The notes below the pieces were generated by a model. It saw only the letters and a list, made by a program, of their open reading frames with translations. It did not search any database and was not told the DNA's origin. DNA of 25,073 nt from Candidatus Nanoarchaeia archaeon (lineage in GTDB: Archaea; Nanobdellota; Nanobdellia; Pacearchaeales; GW2011-AR1), in the NCBI GenBank assembly GCA_035290605.1, contig DATDUA010000001.1:1-25073 (forward strand), written 5' to 3'. Positions 1 to 8,844 of the stretch are shown here, piece by piece. Positions within the stretch are counted from its first letter, which is position 1; every line of letters starts with the position of its first letter. A program made the position numbers and the translations under genes.

Positions 1-507
1 ATAGCTGTTTTTGTATTTGTGGCATTTTATGCAGTGGGGGCTTTTTTAAGCTACAGGGACTGCAGCCAGATAGGGATATTTATAGACGACCTGAAAAATG
101 ATGTTGCAAATGCATGGACATCAAGCGAGAGCTCAAGCAGCAGATTTTCCGGCACCCTGCCTTCAGGAATAGAATATGTATGCTTTGCAGACATTGCAGC
201 AGGAAGGAATGAAGATGGCATGCTGGATGGGTGGCAGGGGGCTTATGCGCCGCCCTCTATTGATGGCGAGGAGATTGTTGATGAAATCGAGAACTATCCT
301 CTCGAAAGAAACATGTTTTTCTATCCTGGAGAAAATGCGTGCAGCATGGCTGCAGAGATAATTGAGCATATAAACATAACAGAAACAATAAATTATGGCG
401 GGGGCGATTATGAAAATCCTTACTGCATTGAAAACATCAAAGGAAAGGCAAGCATGATGCTGGAAAAGGGGTTTAATGAGGCTCTTGTGAGCATAAGAAG
501 GGAATAA
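1..507 (+). CDS. Pilin-like (class III signal peptide cluster) protein, 5'-truncated by the window edge
   Basis: Frame is open from base 1 (IAVFVFVAFYAVGAFL), so the GTG at 19 is internal. It has an N-terminal hydrophobic helix and a soluble Cys-containing domain, and is the first of four tightly packed co-oriented genes with similar N-termini. Confidence 0.55.
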   Translation: MAVFVFVAFYAVGAFLSYRDCSQIGIFIDDLKNDVANAWTSSESSSSRFSGTLPSGIEYVCFADIAAGRNEDGMLDGWQGAYAPPSIDGEEIVDEIENYPLERNMFFYPGENACSMAAEIIEHINITETINYGGGDYENPYCIENIKGKASMMLEKGFNEALVSIRRE

Positions 508-508
508 A

Positions 509-1498
509 ATGGCTGAACGCACTGCTTTTAATTTTAGGCATGACAAAAATGCATTTGAGATGTCTTTTGCATTCATGTTTTCAATCATTGTCGGAGCTAT
601 AATCCTGTTCAGCGCCCTGTACATAACAACAAAGTTTATAGTCCCGCAGAGGCATATTTCCCAGTCAGAAGCTGCAAAAAGCCTTTCTGCGCTTATTGAC
701 CCTCTTGAGACAGGAAGCGGAATCTCATCAGAGGCAACAATCATAAAGGTTACAGCAGAGACGCGGATTTACAGCAGGTGCTACAGGCCTGGCGAGGATA
801 TCTTCGGCAGGCAGGGAATCAGCCTTGCGATGCAGAGCGGGATAGGCGAAAAGTGGCAGGAGCCAGGCGAGGAAACAGCAATGAACAACAAGTATATCTT
901 CTCAAACTCAACACTGCAGGGGAAGAATTTTTATATTCTTGTGAAGCAGTTTAACATGCCATTCAAGGTTGCTGACCTGATTTTTCTTTATGATGAAAAA
1001 TACTGCTTTGTCAATGCCCCAAGATGGATTAAGGATGATATTGAGAATTCCGGAAACATAAACATAAGCAGCTACATTGGAGAGTGCGAGACAGGAAGCA
1101 TCAGTGTGTGCTTTAACAGCTATGCCTGCGACATAAATGTGTTTGATGCAAGCAATGACAACTCTTTCAGCTCAGGGCGCGTTATGAAAGAGGGCATTTA
1201 TTCAGACTATTCAGGCAATCTTTTATATGCTGCAATATTCTCTGACAGCGAGATTTATGAGTGCAATCTTGCGAGGCTTATGGCAAGGCTGGAAAAGCTT
1301 TCTTATCTTTACCTGGAAAAGTCAAGGATTATAGAGCCAAAATGCAGCTCTGGGCTGAATGAAGAGCTTGCTGAAATGGCAAATAATGCAATGGCTCTGA
1401 AACAGGAGGGCACACCTTCATCAAGCGGCAGTTTTGGAAGCATTATAAGCCTTTCAGAGGAGATAGATGAAAAAGACAGCATATGCAGGATATTTTAA
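509..1498 (+). CDS. Pilin-like membrane-anchored protein, 329 aa
   Basis: Short charged leader ending DKNA-FEMSF, a hydrophobic stretch (AFMFSIIVGAIILFSALYI) and a Cys-rich extracellular domain. Starts 1 bp after the previous stop. Confidence 0.6.
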   Translation: MAERTAFNFRHDKNAFEMSFAFMFSIIVGAIILFSALYITTKFIVPQRHISQSEAAKSLSALIDPLETGSGISSEATIIKVTAETRIYSRCYRPGEDIFGRQGISLAMQSGIGEKWQEPGEETAMNNKYIFSNSTLQGKNFYILVKQFNMPFKVADLIFLYDEKYCFVNAPRWIKDDIENSGNINISSYIGECETGSISVCFNSYACDINVFDASNDNSFSSGRVMKEGIYSDYSGNLLYAAIFSDSEIYECNLARLMARLEKLSYLYLEKSRIIEPKCSSGLNEELAEMANNAMALKQEGTPSSSGSFGSIISLSEEIDEKDSICRIF

Positions 1499-1499
1499 A

Positions 1500-2051
1500 A
1501 TGGGAAAGAAAAGCAACATAATAATTTGGAAGAAATCCCAGCTAAAGATACAGCAGACAGCATTTATGCTAATGGCTATTTTTATCTTTTTTGTGCTGGC
1601 AGGCATATTCTTTATCTCAGTAAGCATGCAAGGCACGAGGCAGGAGGTTACAAGGCTGGAGAGGGAAAAGGCAATTGCAACAGCCGCCAGCATTGTTGAC
1701 AGCGCAGAATTCACATGCGGAACAGGCAGCTTGTGCCTTGACGCAGACAAGCTGCTTCTGCTCTCAGCTGATGCAGGCATGCAGGATTTTGGCGAATTAT
1801 GGCATGTTGCAGCAATCAAGGTCAGAAAGGTAAGCCCTTTAAGCGAGCAGGAGAGCGCAGAGGATATTGAATGCACAAAGATGAATTATCCTGACTGCAA
1901 TATCTTCAGTGTTTACAGCAATGAGGATGTTAGCAAGGCGGGCGCTGTCTCGTCATTTGCAGCGCTATGCAGAAAGGAAAACAATGGCAACTATGCCTAT
2001 GATAAATGCGGGATTGGACAGATAAATATTGCTTACAGGCTGGCTGAATAA
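1500..2051 (+). CDS. Pilin-like membrane-anchored protein
   Basis: ATG at 1500 (1 bp after the upstream stop) preferred over 1467. Basic leader KKS-QLKIQQ is followed by a hydrophobic helix (TAFMLMAIFIFFVLAGIFFISV) and a domain with several Cys. Confidence 0.6.
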   Translation: MGKKSNIIIWKKSQLKIQQTAFMLMAIFIFFVLAGIFFISVSMQGTRQEVTRLEREKAIATAASIVDSAEFTCGTGSLCLDADKLLLLSADAGMQDFGELWHVAAIKVRKVSPLSEQESAEDIECTKMNYPDCNIFSVYSNEDVSKAGAVSSFAALCRKENNGNYAYDKCGIGQINIAYRLAE

Positions 2052-2052
2052 A

Positions 2053-2610
2053 ATGAGAAACACAAGAAAAAGAGAGATTATAAAGTTCAAACATTCGCAA
2101 GAGGAAATGGTGGGATTTGTCCTTATAATTGTGCTTGTGAGCATTGTTGCGCTTGTGTTCTTTGCAGTAAGCATAGCAAGGCAGCCAAGGCAGGAATACA
2201 GGAGCAGTGAGATAAGCAATTTTCTCGGCTCATTCCTGCAGTACACAACAGGCTGCGAAATCAGGTACCTGCCTGCAAGCATGAAGGATATTATAGAAGA
2301 GTGCGCCAATAACAAGATGTGTGATGATGGGGAATCAGCATGCGATGCAATGGCTTATGCAGCTGAAAATGCGCTAAATGACAGCTGGCATTATGGCAAT
2401 GAAAGCTACCTTAGGGGATATGAATTTAATATTACACTAACCATGAATGTCACAGGCGCGGCAGGAGAGGCGAGAAGAGAAACCATCCAGCAGCTCTCGG
2501 AGCTAAACAGGGGAAACTGCAATGTTGCTGTAAAAAGAGCAGCTGATGTCATGCTTCCCATGGAAGACAAGGATATAGTGATAAGCTTAAAGGCGTGCTA
2601 CGCGGGGTGA
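2053..2610 (+). CDS. Pilin-like membrane-anchored protein
   Basis: ATG at 2053 (1 bp after the upstream stop) preferred over 2029. Basic leader KFKHS-QEEMVG is followed by a hydrophobic helix (FVLIIVLVSIVALVFFAVSI) and a Cys-containing domain. Confidence 0.6.
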   Translation: MRNTRKREIIKFKHSQEEMVGFVLIIVLVSIVALVFFAVSIARQPRQEYRSSEISNFLGSFLQYTTGCEIRYLPASMKDIIEECANNKMCDDGESACDAMAYAAENALNDSWHYGNESYLRGYEFNITLTMNVTGAAGEARRETIQQLSELNRGNCNVAVKRAADVMLPMEDKDIVISLKACYAG

Positions 2611-2634
2611 TTTTATCCAGCGATATTCTTTGCC

Positions 2635-2994
2635 TTAGATGCTTAAAACAATGTTTATTGTGTCTGCAGCCAGTGCAGGCTTTAGCCTGTTTCTTTTGCC
2701 GCTCTTTTCCTGCAACAGCCGAATCAGCCCGAAGCGCTCCAAAAGCCTTGCATCATGCTGAACTGACTTGAAATCCCTTCCAAGAATTTTGGCAAGGGCA
2801 TAGAGGGATGATGGCTTCTTTTGCTTCACAGCATCCAAAATCCTTAGCTTTTCCTTGTTTAGAAGCTGCCTTAAGGCAGAGACATCTGAAAAGTCATAGT
2901 CCTCATCCTCTCCTTTAAGGTGCCTGAAGATAGAGGTAAACGCGCCCTTTGCAGGCTTTACTGCTATATTTATTGTTTTTGCTTCTTTTGCCAT
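2635..2994 (-). CDS. Winged-HTH DNA-binding protein (HVO_A0114-like predicted transcriptional regulator)
   Basis: LRQLLNKEKLRILDAV..KPSSLYALAKILGRDFKSVQHDARLLERFGLIRL matches the HTH pattern of this archaeal family. Transcribed divergently from the S-layer gene. Confidence 0.75.
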   Translation of the reverse strand: MAKEAKTINIAVKPAKGAFTSIFRHLKGEDEDYDFSDVSALRQLLNKEKLRILDAVKQKKPSSLYALAKILGRDFKSVQHDARLLERFGLIRLLQEKSGKRNRLKPALAADTINIVLSI

Positions 2995-3146
2995 GACTTA
3001 TTAGGTTATTTTTTATTTATTTTGCCGAGATGGCAATTTTGCCGTCGGATATTTTACAAGTATATTGTGAGTAATATATTTTATGAACAATATATTTTAG
3101 TTATATGTTTGTATTAAACATATAGGGTACATAATACCATATATCT

Positions 3147-3160
3147 ATTTAAATCTTTCG
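3147..3160 (-). promoter_or_regulatory. BRE/TATA promoter for the HTH gene
   Basis: Minus strand reads CGAAAG-ATTTAAAT, an archaeal BRE+TATA arrangement pointing at the HTH gene about 150 bp away. Confidence 0.55.
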
Positions 3161-3210
3161 CTTTATGCCCTTTTAATGTTTTGTAACTCTGTTCTACAAA
3201 ATAGTAACAA

Positions 3211-3225
3211 CGAAAGGTTTATAAA
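3211..3225 (+). promoter_or_regulatory. S-layer distal promoter P1 (BRE/TATA)
   Basis: CGAAAGG-TTTATAAA. The TATA box overlaps the left arm of an inverted repeat GGTTTAT-N9-ATAAACC (3216-3238). Confidence 0.6.
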
Positions 3226-3275
3226 GGATTAATAAACCAGTGAGTTAACACCCGGTATTGTATGAACCTTTGGGG

Positions 3276-3308
3276 GAAAGCTTTTTAAAGCATCAAAACC
3301 TAGGTTTT
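3276..3308 (+). promoter_or_regulatory. S-layer proximal promoter P2 with downstream 14-bp palindrome
   Basis: GAAAGC-TTTTTAAA (3276-3289) followed by the perfect palindrome AAAACCTAGGTTTT (3295-3308). Confidence 0.6.
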
Positions 3309-3462
3309 ATACTTATTGCTTTCGGCAATAAAGAGACTGGCCAGTAAAAAATAGGTTCTTAATAGGGACCTTCAACATCAGTCTATGTTATCAAGCAGGT
3401 GGCAATTCCCTATTTCGCCGCCATGCGAGACGACAACGCCGAAAACAATAAAAAATAACTGA

Positions 3463-3470
3463 AAGGAGGT
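3463..3470 (+). promoter_or_regulatory. Strong Shine-Dalgarno sequence of the S-layer gene
   Basis: AAGGAGGT ending 5 nt before ATG 3476. Confidence 0.85.
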
Positions 3471-3475
3471 TAAAA

Positions 3476-6151
3476 ATGAGATTTAACTTTAGAAAAATTA
3501 GTTCAGTGTTGGCAAGCGCAGTAATGATTGGAAGTACTATCGGAATCGCAGCTGCAGCAAGCGCCTATCCTGCACCATTCATTGCTGGAGGAAAGGCAGA
3601 CGTTGCAGTAGTTGTCGGTACAAGCGCAGCATCATCTGACTATCTTGCTACTATTGATGTAGGACAGAACTTGCAGGCAGAGCTCGCAAAGCAAACTGCT
3701 ACAAGCACTACAACTACAGCAAGTGCAAGTGGAGGAGACAGTGTTAATTTAGCTACATCAAGCCAGAAGCTGTTCATGAACAGCACGCTTAATGCTGCTA
3801 GAACTGTCTTGACAAAGGATAACATGCCAAATGTATTGGCAGATGGCTCTGCTTACGACAGCAGCGGAACTGAGTACAAGTACACGCAGAAGGTAACTCT
3901 ACCAACAAATACTGGAAGGCAAATCACTTTCTCAAAGAGCGGTGAAAGCATAGACCCTGAGATGATAGTAGATACTGGATTTTTATCCACAGCTATTACA
4001 ACTCTTTACAACTACACATTGACCTTTTCGAAGGTAATCAATGTCAGCAACTCAAATGTTATCGGAACAGCAACAGTAAAGATGCAGGGAGTAAGCTATA
4101 CAATCGGGGCTAACTCCGATTCTAACACCTTGTATTTGTATGGAAGTGGTGAGGCTACAACAGTAAATGGCGGAGAGACAAAAACCGTTACAGTAGATGC
4201 CAAAGAACATACTGTGGCTCTTATCGGAACATCAAGCACTACAACTGCTTCACTTGAAGTAGATGGCAGCAGAAAGTCTGTCACAAAGGGAAGCAGCTAC
4301 AAATATGGAACAGGCAGCGACCAGATTGAGGTATATATCAAAGATATATTCCATGCAGTCAGGGAAGCTGATACCCCATCCATAGATGTGCTCGTTGGAG
4401 CTAGAACACTGCACTTTGAAGACGGACAGGCTGTCAGGTATGGTGCTGATGATACAACTATCTTAAACACTATAGCTGAAGTGGCTGGTTCCGGTGGAAC
4501 CCAGCTTTCTGGAGTATCCATAGTACAGGGTGCAGATTCAGCAACAGGCGACTACGTCAAGATTGGAAAAGGCTTTGTAGACAGAGTGCTTGGAGGAGTT
4601 GAAGTGCAGTTCGCAGGAGTAGACTCTCCTTTGGACAGCACTACAAGAGACTCAGTAGTAGTAGACACAGACAATTCGTTGTCAGCAAGTGTTAAGTTCA
4701 CAAGTTATTTGGCAGGAACAGCTGGAGAAAAAACAATAACATTCGCCAAAGACTCTGATTTAGTTTCAGACAGCACGCTAAACTTTGTAAATCTTGTTAA
4801 CGCAAATAACAAGACAATACATGTTTTAGAGGGTGCAAATGCAACAATTGGAGAGTGGATTGTTGTTAATGACAATGACGAGGGAAGAATCCTTGAAGTT
4901 GTATCATTACCAGCAGGAACAAGCTCAAATGACTATATTGGTGTGAAGGATATCATAACCAATGAAGACTATAAAATGTCAACTGGATTTAACAACTACA
5001 CATCAAGCGCGTCAACAATTGGTGCTGGAGAGTACTATGCCAATGTAACAAATGGCAATTCAGACTCATCAGCATGGAGTGTCAGGTTCAAGTGGGGACC
5101 AGGAGCAAGCTACAATACAGTTGGTACACAAACAACATTGTATCCAAGGATTAAGTTAAAAGGAGGCTCATGGATGTCGTTCTTAACAAACCAGTCCGTG
5201 AACATCAGCTTAACTTATTCATTGCCTGGAATCTACCTATGGACAACATACAGAGATGGAGCTGTTCTAGCACCTACCATTTTACCTGGTACAGGAAGCG
5301 GAATAGCATACGGCTCTGTTATCTACAATGTAACAAACGGAACAGGAAGTTCAGCGTACATCGACAGATTAGCTATACCAAACTCTTGTGTATTCAACAA
5401 GACAATGGGCCCAGCTATCTTGATACAGGAAGAGAAAACCTTAAGAGATACAAACGGGCAGTCAATCTGTATCCCATTGACAAGGGTTGGAACAACAACA
5501 ATAATGCCAGGAATAAGCACACCTTCATTCTCTGAAGTGGGCTCTAATTCCAGCGGTTCTGCACCAAGTCCTTGGAGTATGGTCACAAAGACAAGTGACA
5601 CATACACAAGCCAAGCAATAGACTTGTTCGGAACACTTGTTGAAAGAAATGTTGCAACAGGAACAAACTACAAGGTAACTGTCAAGATACCAGATGACCA
5701 GATGATTGCTGATGTGCTGTTCACCGCAAAGGGTGCAACTGTCACAGCAGGAACAACATCAGGAACAGGAGTAACAGAACTTGGCTCAGTAACTGTCAAA
5801 GACAGTGAAGTGGCTCAGGTTCAGACAAAGAACTTGTTAGTTTTGGGTGGAAGCTGTATCAATACTGTAGCTGCAAAGATTCTTGGAAGTGACAATGCAA
5901 TATGTGGTGCTGACTTTACTGCCAAAACAGGCGTAGGGGCAGATCAGGCCTTATTAAAGGTCGTGAAAAATCCATATCTTACAAACGACACAACCAAGGT
6001 AGCAATGCTAGTTGCAGGATACGAAGCTGCTGACACAACAAAAGCTGCAAAATACTTGACAACAAGCAAGCCTTCAACAGAAGTTGGAGAAACTAAGTTG
6101 TCAACAAGCGGCACTGTTGCTACTGTAGCAACCGCGTCAACAACTGCTTAG
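3476..6151 (+). CDS. S-layer protein (Methanococcales/Thermococcales S_layer_N + S_layer_C type), 891 aa
   Basis: Signal peptide followed by the family N-terminal motif YPAPF..G.ADVAVVVG..AA.SD, and C-terminal motifs KNLLVLGG.CIN.VAA and LVAGYEAADT..AA. Thr/Ser/Gly-rich, at least a dozen N-x-S/T sequons, no C-terminal TM helix. Confidence 0.92.
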   Translation: MRFNFRKISSVLASAVMIGSTIGIAAAASAYPAPFIAGGKADVAVVVGTSAASSDYLATIDVGQNLQAELAKQTATSTTTTASASGGDSVNLATSSQKLFMNSTLNAARTVLTKDNMPNVLADGSAYDSSGTEYKYTQKVTLPTNTGRQITFSKSGESIDPEMIVDTGFLSTAITTLYNYTLTFSKVINVSNSNVIGTATVKMQGVSYTIGANSDSNTLYLYGSGEATTVNGGETKTVTVDAKEHTVALIGTSSTTTASLEVDGSRKSVTKGSSYKYGTGSDQIEVYIKDIFHAVREADTPSIDVLVGARTLHFEDGQAVRYGADDTTILNTIAEVAGSGGTQLSGVSIVQGADSATGDYVKIGKGFVDRVLGGVEVQFAGVDSPLDSTTRDSVVVDTDNSLSASVKFTSYLAGTAGEKTITFAKDSDLVSDSTLNFVNLVNANNKTIHVLEGANATIGEWIVVNDNDEGRILEVVSLPAGTSSNDYIGVKDIITNEDYKMSTGFNNYTSSASTIGAGEYYANVTNGNSDSSAWSVRFKWGPGASYNTVGTQTTLYPRIKLKGGSWMSFLTNQSVNISLTYSLPGIYLWTTYRDGAVLAPTILPGTGSGIAYGSVIYNVTNGTGSSAYIDRLAIPNSCVFNKTMGPAILIQEEKTLRDTNGQSICIPLTRVGTTTIMPGISTPSFSEVGSNSSGSAPSPWSMVTKTSDTYTSQAIDLFGTLVERNVATGTNYKVTVKIPDDQMIADVLFTAKGATVTAGTTSGTGVTELGSVTVKDSEVAQVQTKNLLVLGGSCINTVAAKILGSDNAICGADFTAKTGVGADQALLKVVKNPYLTNDTTKVAMLVAGYEAADTTKAAKYLTTSKPSTEVGETKLSTSGTVATVATASTTA

Positions 6152-6159
6152 TTACACTG

Positions 6160-6205
6160 ACAAAAAATTTAGTTTTGTTTTTTTTATTTCTTTTTCTTTT
6201 TTTTT
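6160..6205 (+). terminator. S-layer transcription terminator
   Basis: Short hairpin ACAAAA/TTTTGT (6160-6178) followed by an approximately 30-nt T-rich tract just after the stop codon. Confidence 0.75.
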
Positions 6206-6312
6206 AATACTTAGCAGAGCGTGCGATAAAGCCAATCATGGAAAGATGAGCCGGGCGAAAGCTTTATGAACCCTGCATTTTTTTAATATGTGGGGCATTT
6301 CTTGCATAAAAA

Positions 6313-6900
6313 ATGAGAAGAATAGAGGCAAAAACAGCAAAAGAGAAAAGGGAGAAGAGAAAGGGCGCTGCTATCGGGCTTTTTCTTGTCATTATTATGG
6401 TTTTAGGGACAGTGGGGTATGGCTTTTTAAGCAGGCAGGAAGCAGGAGTAAACAGCAATAAGGAGACATACAAAGGGCTGGAATTCATTATGACAGAGCA
6501 GGGCTTTTGGTGGGCAGAGATTTCAGGCTATGGCTTTTATTTCCAGCACCTGCCAAAAGAGGCAGAGAATATCTCTGTGCCTTTTGCGAGATTTGACGAG
6601 TTCAGCGGCAAGCCGCTTTATTTTGCGCTTAATGATGGAAATATAAATGCAAAGAGCGAGATTTACAGAAACCTACAGGCATTTACATTAAGGCTGCCGC
6701 AGGATGCGTGCCTGGCAGGGCAGAAATGCGATAATGCAGAGCTTCCTGAAGAGAACTGCTCAAGCAACATAATAATATTCAATGAAAGGAATGAAACAAT
6801 GGTTGAAAGGGAGGAAAACTGCATATTTATAAGCTCGCCTGCAGATGACATGACTAGGGCAGCAGACGCGTTTTTGTACAGGATACTTGGAATAATATAG
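6313..6900 (+). CDS. Membrane-anchored hypothetical protein (paralog A)
   Basis: Basic N-terminus, one TM helix (AAIGLFLVIIMVLGTVGYGFL), Cys-containing ectodomain. BRE/TATA CGAAAGCTTTATGAA at 6256-6270. Confidence 0.7.
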   Translation: MRRIEAKTAKEKREKRKGAAIGLFLVIIMVLGTVGYGFLSRQEAGVNSNKETYKGLEFIMTEQGFWWAEISGYGFYFQHLPKEAENISVPFARFDEFSGKPLYFALNDGNINAKSEIYRNLQAFTLRLPQDACLAGQKCDNAELPEENCSSNIIIFNERNETMVEREENCIFISSPADDMTRAADAFLYRILGII

Positions 6901-6928
6901 TTTTTAAACACAAAGATAAGAATAAAAC

Positions 6929-7636
6929 ATGGCCAAAAGAACAAGAAGCATGGGACAGGGCGGGAAGGCAAGTGCAAATGCTAAGACAAAGGATGCAAGC
7001 AGGGAGCTTAAAGAGGTGAATACTCTTGTTGAAAACAAGCAGGTATTTTATGTTGTGCTTGTCATGGCTTTGGTGATTATCTCTTTTTTTGTTGGTTATG
7101 TTATCTTCCAGCAGTCAAAGATAGTATATTACGAAGGATTCAGGTTTGAGAAGATAATGTATGAGAAACTTCCGCTGTATTACATAAAAATACCAATCGT
7201 GCAGCTGACAGGGCAGCTTGTAAATTACAACTTATACCTAAGGAATGACCCGAGAAAACTGGGCATAGCTGAGGGCACAGATGTGGATTTTCTAAAGAAA
7301 GAGGTTTTTATCTCCTTGAACAGCGATTTTGAGAAATGCGAGGACACAACCCTTGCCATGACAAACCTTGGAATGCTTTTTGGGGCTATGGGGCTTGAGG
7401 CAAAGGGCTCTCTTGACAACAAGGAGGAAGCAGATGCTGCGAGCAGGCCCTATATAACATGCGAAAACACAAAAAACAACACAGTAGTCTCATATAGGGT
7501 AGCAGGCAGCGGTGAAACGAGGATAGAGCAGGATGAAAACTGCTATATAATAAGCGTTGCAAACTGCGAGATACAAAAGGCAACAGAGGCATTCATAGTC
7601 AAAACGCTTTCTGACCTAAAAGACTCTCAAGAATAA
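6929..7636 (+). CDS. Membrane-anchored hypothetical protein (paralog B)
   Basis: One TM helix (VFYVVLVMALVIISFFVGYVIF). The C-terminal block ETRIEQDENCYII..AF aligns by eye with ETMVEREENCIFI..AF of paralog A. Confidence 0.7.
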   Translation: MAKRTRSMGQGGKASANAKTKDASRELKEVNTLVENKQVFYVVLVMALVIISFFVGYVIFQQSKIVYYEGFRFEKIMYEKLPLYYIKIPIVQLTGQLVNYNLYLRNDPRKLGIAEGTDVDFLKKEVFISLNSDFEKCEDTTLAMTNLGMLFGAMGLEAKGSLDNKEEADAASRPYITCENTKNNTVVSYRVAGSGETRIEQDENCYIISVANCEIQKATEAFIVKTLSDLKDSQE

Positions 7637-7650
7637 AGCATTTTGATGCC

Positions 7651-8280
7651 TTATTTATTCTTGCCAAGCTTGATTCTTAAAAATTCAATGATTGCAGGCA
7701 GAAGCGAGATAATGATTATCAGCAGGATTACGAGGGCGAGATTTTTCTGGACAAAGCTAAGTGTGCCGAAGTAAAACCCAGCAAACAGAAAGATAAAAAC
7801 CCACAGAATGCCGCCGAAGATGTTATAGAAGAGAAATCTTGCATAATTCATCCTGCCTATTCCTGCAACAAACGGGGCAAATGTCCTTATAATCGGAATA
7901 AACCTTGCAATCACTATTGTTTTTCCGCCGTGCTTCTCATAGAATTCATGCGCCCTGTCAAAATACTTCCTGCTGAATAATCTTGATTTTTTAAAAAACC
8001 TGGCGCCAAGATAGTGCCCTATCCAGTAGTTGGCAGAGTCGCCGAGAATTGCTGCAAGCGAAAGCAGGGCAAACAGCAAGAAAACATTAAGCAGCCCCTG
8101 CGCAGCGAGGGTGCCTGAAACAAAAATCAGCGAGTCTCCTGGAAGCAGCGGAGCAAGCACAATGCCTGTTTCAAGGAATATTATGGCAAAAAGAATAAGA
8201 TAGGTGCCCACCCCATAATTCTGAATAACAAAAGCAATGTTCCTGTCAAGATTTGCAAAAAAGCTTATGATGCCTGCCAT
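7651..8280 (-). CDS. dedA: DedA family (VTT domain) membrane protein
   Basis: Family motifs IIFLETG...LPGDSL, AILGDSANYWIG, YEKHGGKTIVIARFIPIIRTFAPFVAG and FLFYN..GGILW. Confidence 0.93.
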   Translation of the reverse strand: MAGIISFFANLDRNIAFVIQNYGVGTYLILFAIIFLETGIVLAPLLPGDSLIFVSGTLAAQGLLNVFLLFALLSLAAILGDSANYWIGHYLGARFFKKSRLFSRKYFDRAHEFYEKHGGKTIVIARFIPIIRTFAPFVAGIGRMNYARFLFYNIFGGILWVFIFLFAGFYFGTLSFVQKNLALVILLIIIISLLPAIIEFLRIKLGKNK

Positions 8281-8831
8281 TATCTCCTCTTCCTCTTTTG
8301 AGGATTTATAGATTTATAAACAAATCGCAAGTCAGAATAGCCCGGGAATTCTTTCACCCTGAAGAGCCAGGCAGACAGGAACCATATGGCAACAACAAGC
8401 AGTGTGCTTAGAACATTCCAGAGCAGGCTGTGAACAATGTCAAAATAGGCATAGTTGTTTAGGTAAAGCACAGAGAGCACAACTATCCTGATTATATTAA
8501 GCAGGAGAAATGCGGCAAATGAAAAAAGCAGGGATAAAGCCCTTGTTTTCAGCTTTATGCCCCTTGTTGCAAGGTTCAGTGCAAATAACAAAAAGTATGC
8601 AAAGCCTGCAATGCATGCATCTACAAGCTCTATGCCAAATCCTGAATTGCCTGAATATATCATTACAATATTTCCTGAAAGCGAGGCGCTGTAAAAAAGA
8701 TTCAGAATCCAAAAAACAGGGTAGATTGTCAAAGGCGCAAAGGCAAGATAAAAAATGCCGAGGTTGTTCAGGGCAGAAACAAGAACCAAAGCATATCTTG
8801 CTAAAACATCAAAAACCTCATTTATTTTCAT
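8280..8831 (-). CDS. Archaeosortase/exosortase family membrane transpeptidase (compact type I recall as pacearchaeosortase)
   Basis: Multi-TM protein with the catalytic-type Cys (ELVDACIAG), Arg (LLNIIRIVVL) and His (YFDIVH) in exosortase order. Its stop overlaps the dedA start (TAATG). Confidence 0.82.
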   Translation of the reverse strand: MKINEVFDVLARYALVLVSALNNLGIFYLAFAPLTIYPVFWILNLFYSASLSGNIVMIYSGNSGFGIELVDACIAGFAYFLLFALNLATRGIKLKTRALSLLFSFAAFLLLNIIRIVVLSVLYLNNYAYFDIVHSLLWNVLSTLLVVAIWFLSAWLFRVKEFPGYSDLRFVYKSINPQKRKRR

Positions 8832-8844
8832 TTCCCTGAAAAGA

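Noticed and set aside
163-744. 193-aa minus-strand ORF
   Set aside because: Antisense shadow of two better-supported pilin-like genes, with no recognisable motif.
3476-6151. Foreign origin of the S-layer gene suggested by its distinct ACA/GGA-rich codon usage
   Set aside because: Explained equally well by Thr/Gly/Ser-rich composition and high expression. No mobility genes or boundary repeats are seen, and codon statistics could not be computed.
6173-6205. Long T-rich tract as a phase-variation site
   Set aside because: It lies after the S-layer stop behind a small hairpin, as expected for an archaeal oligo-U terminator, and not in a coding or promoter spacer.
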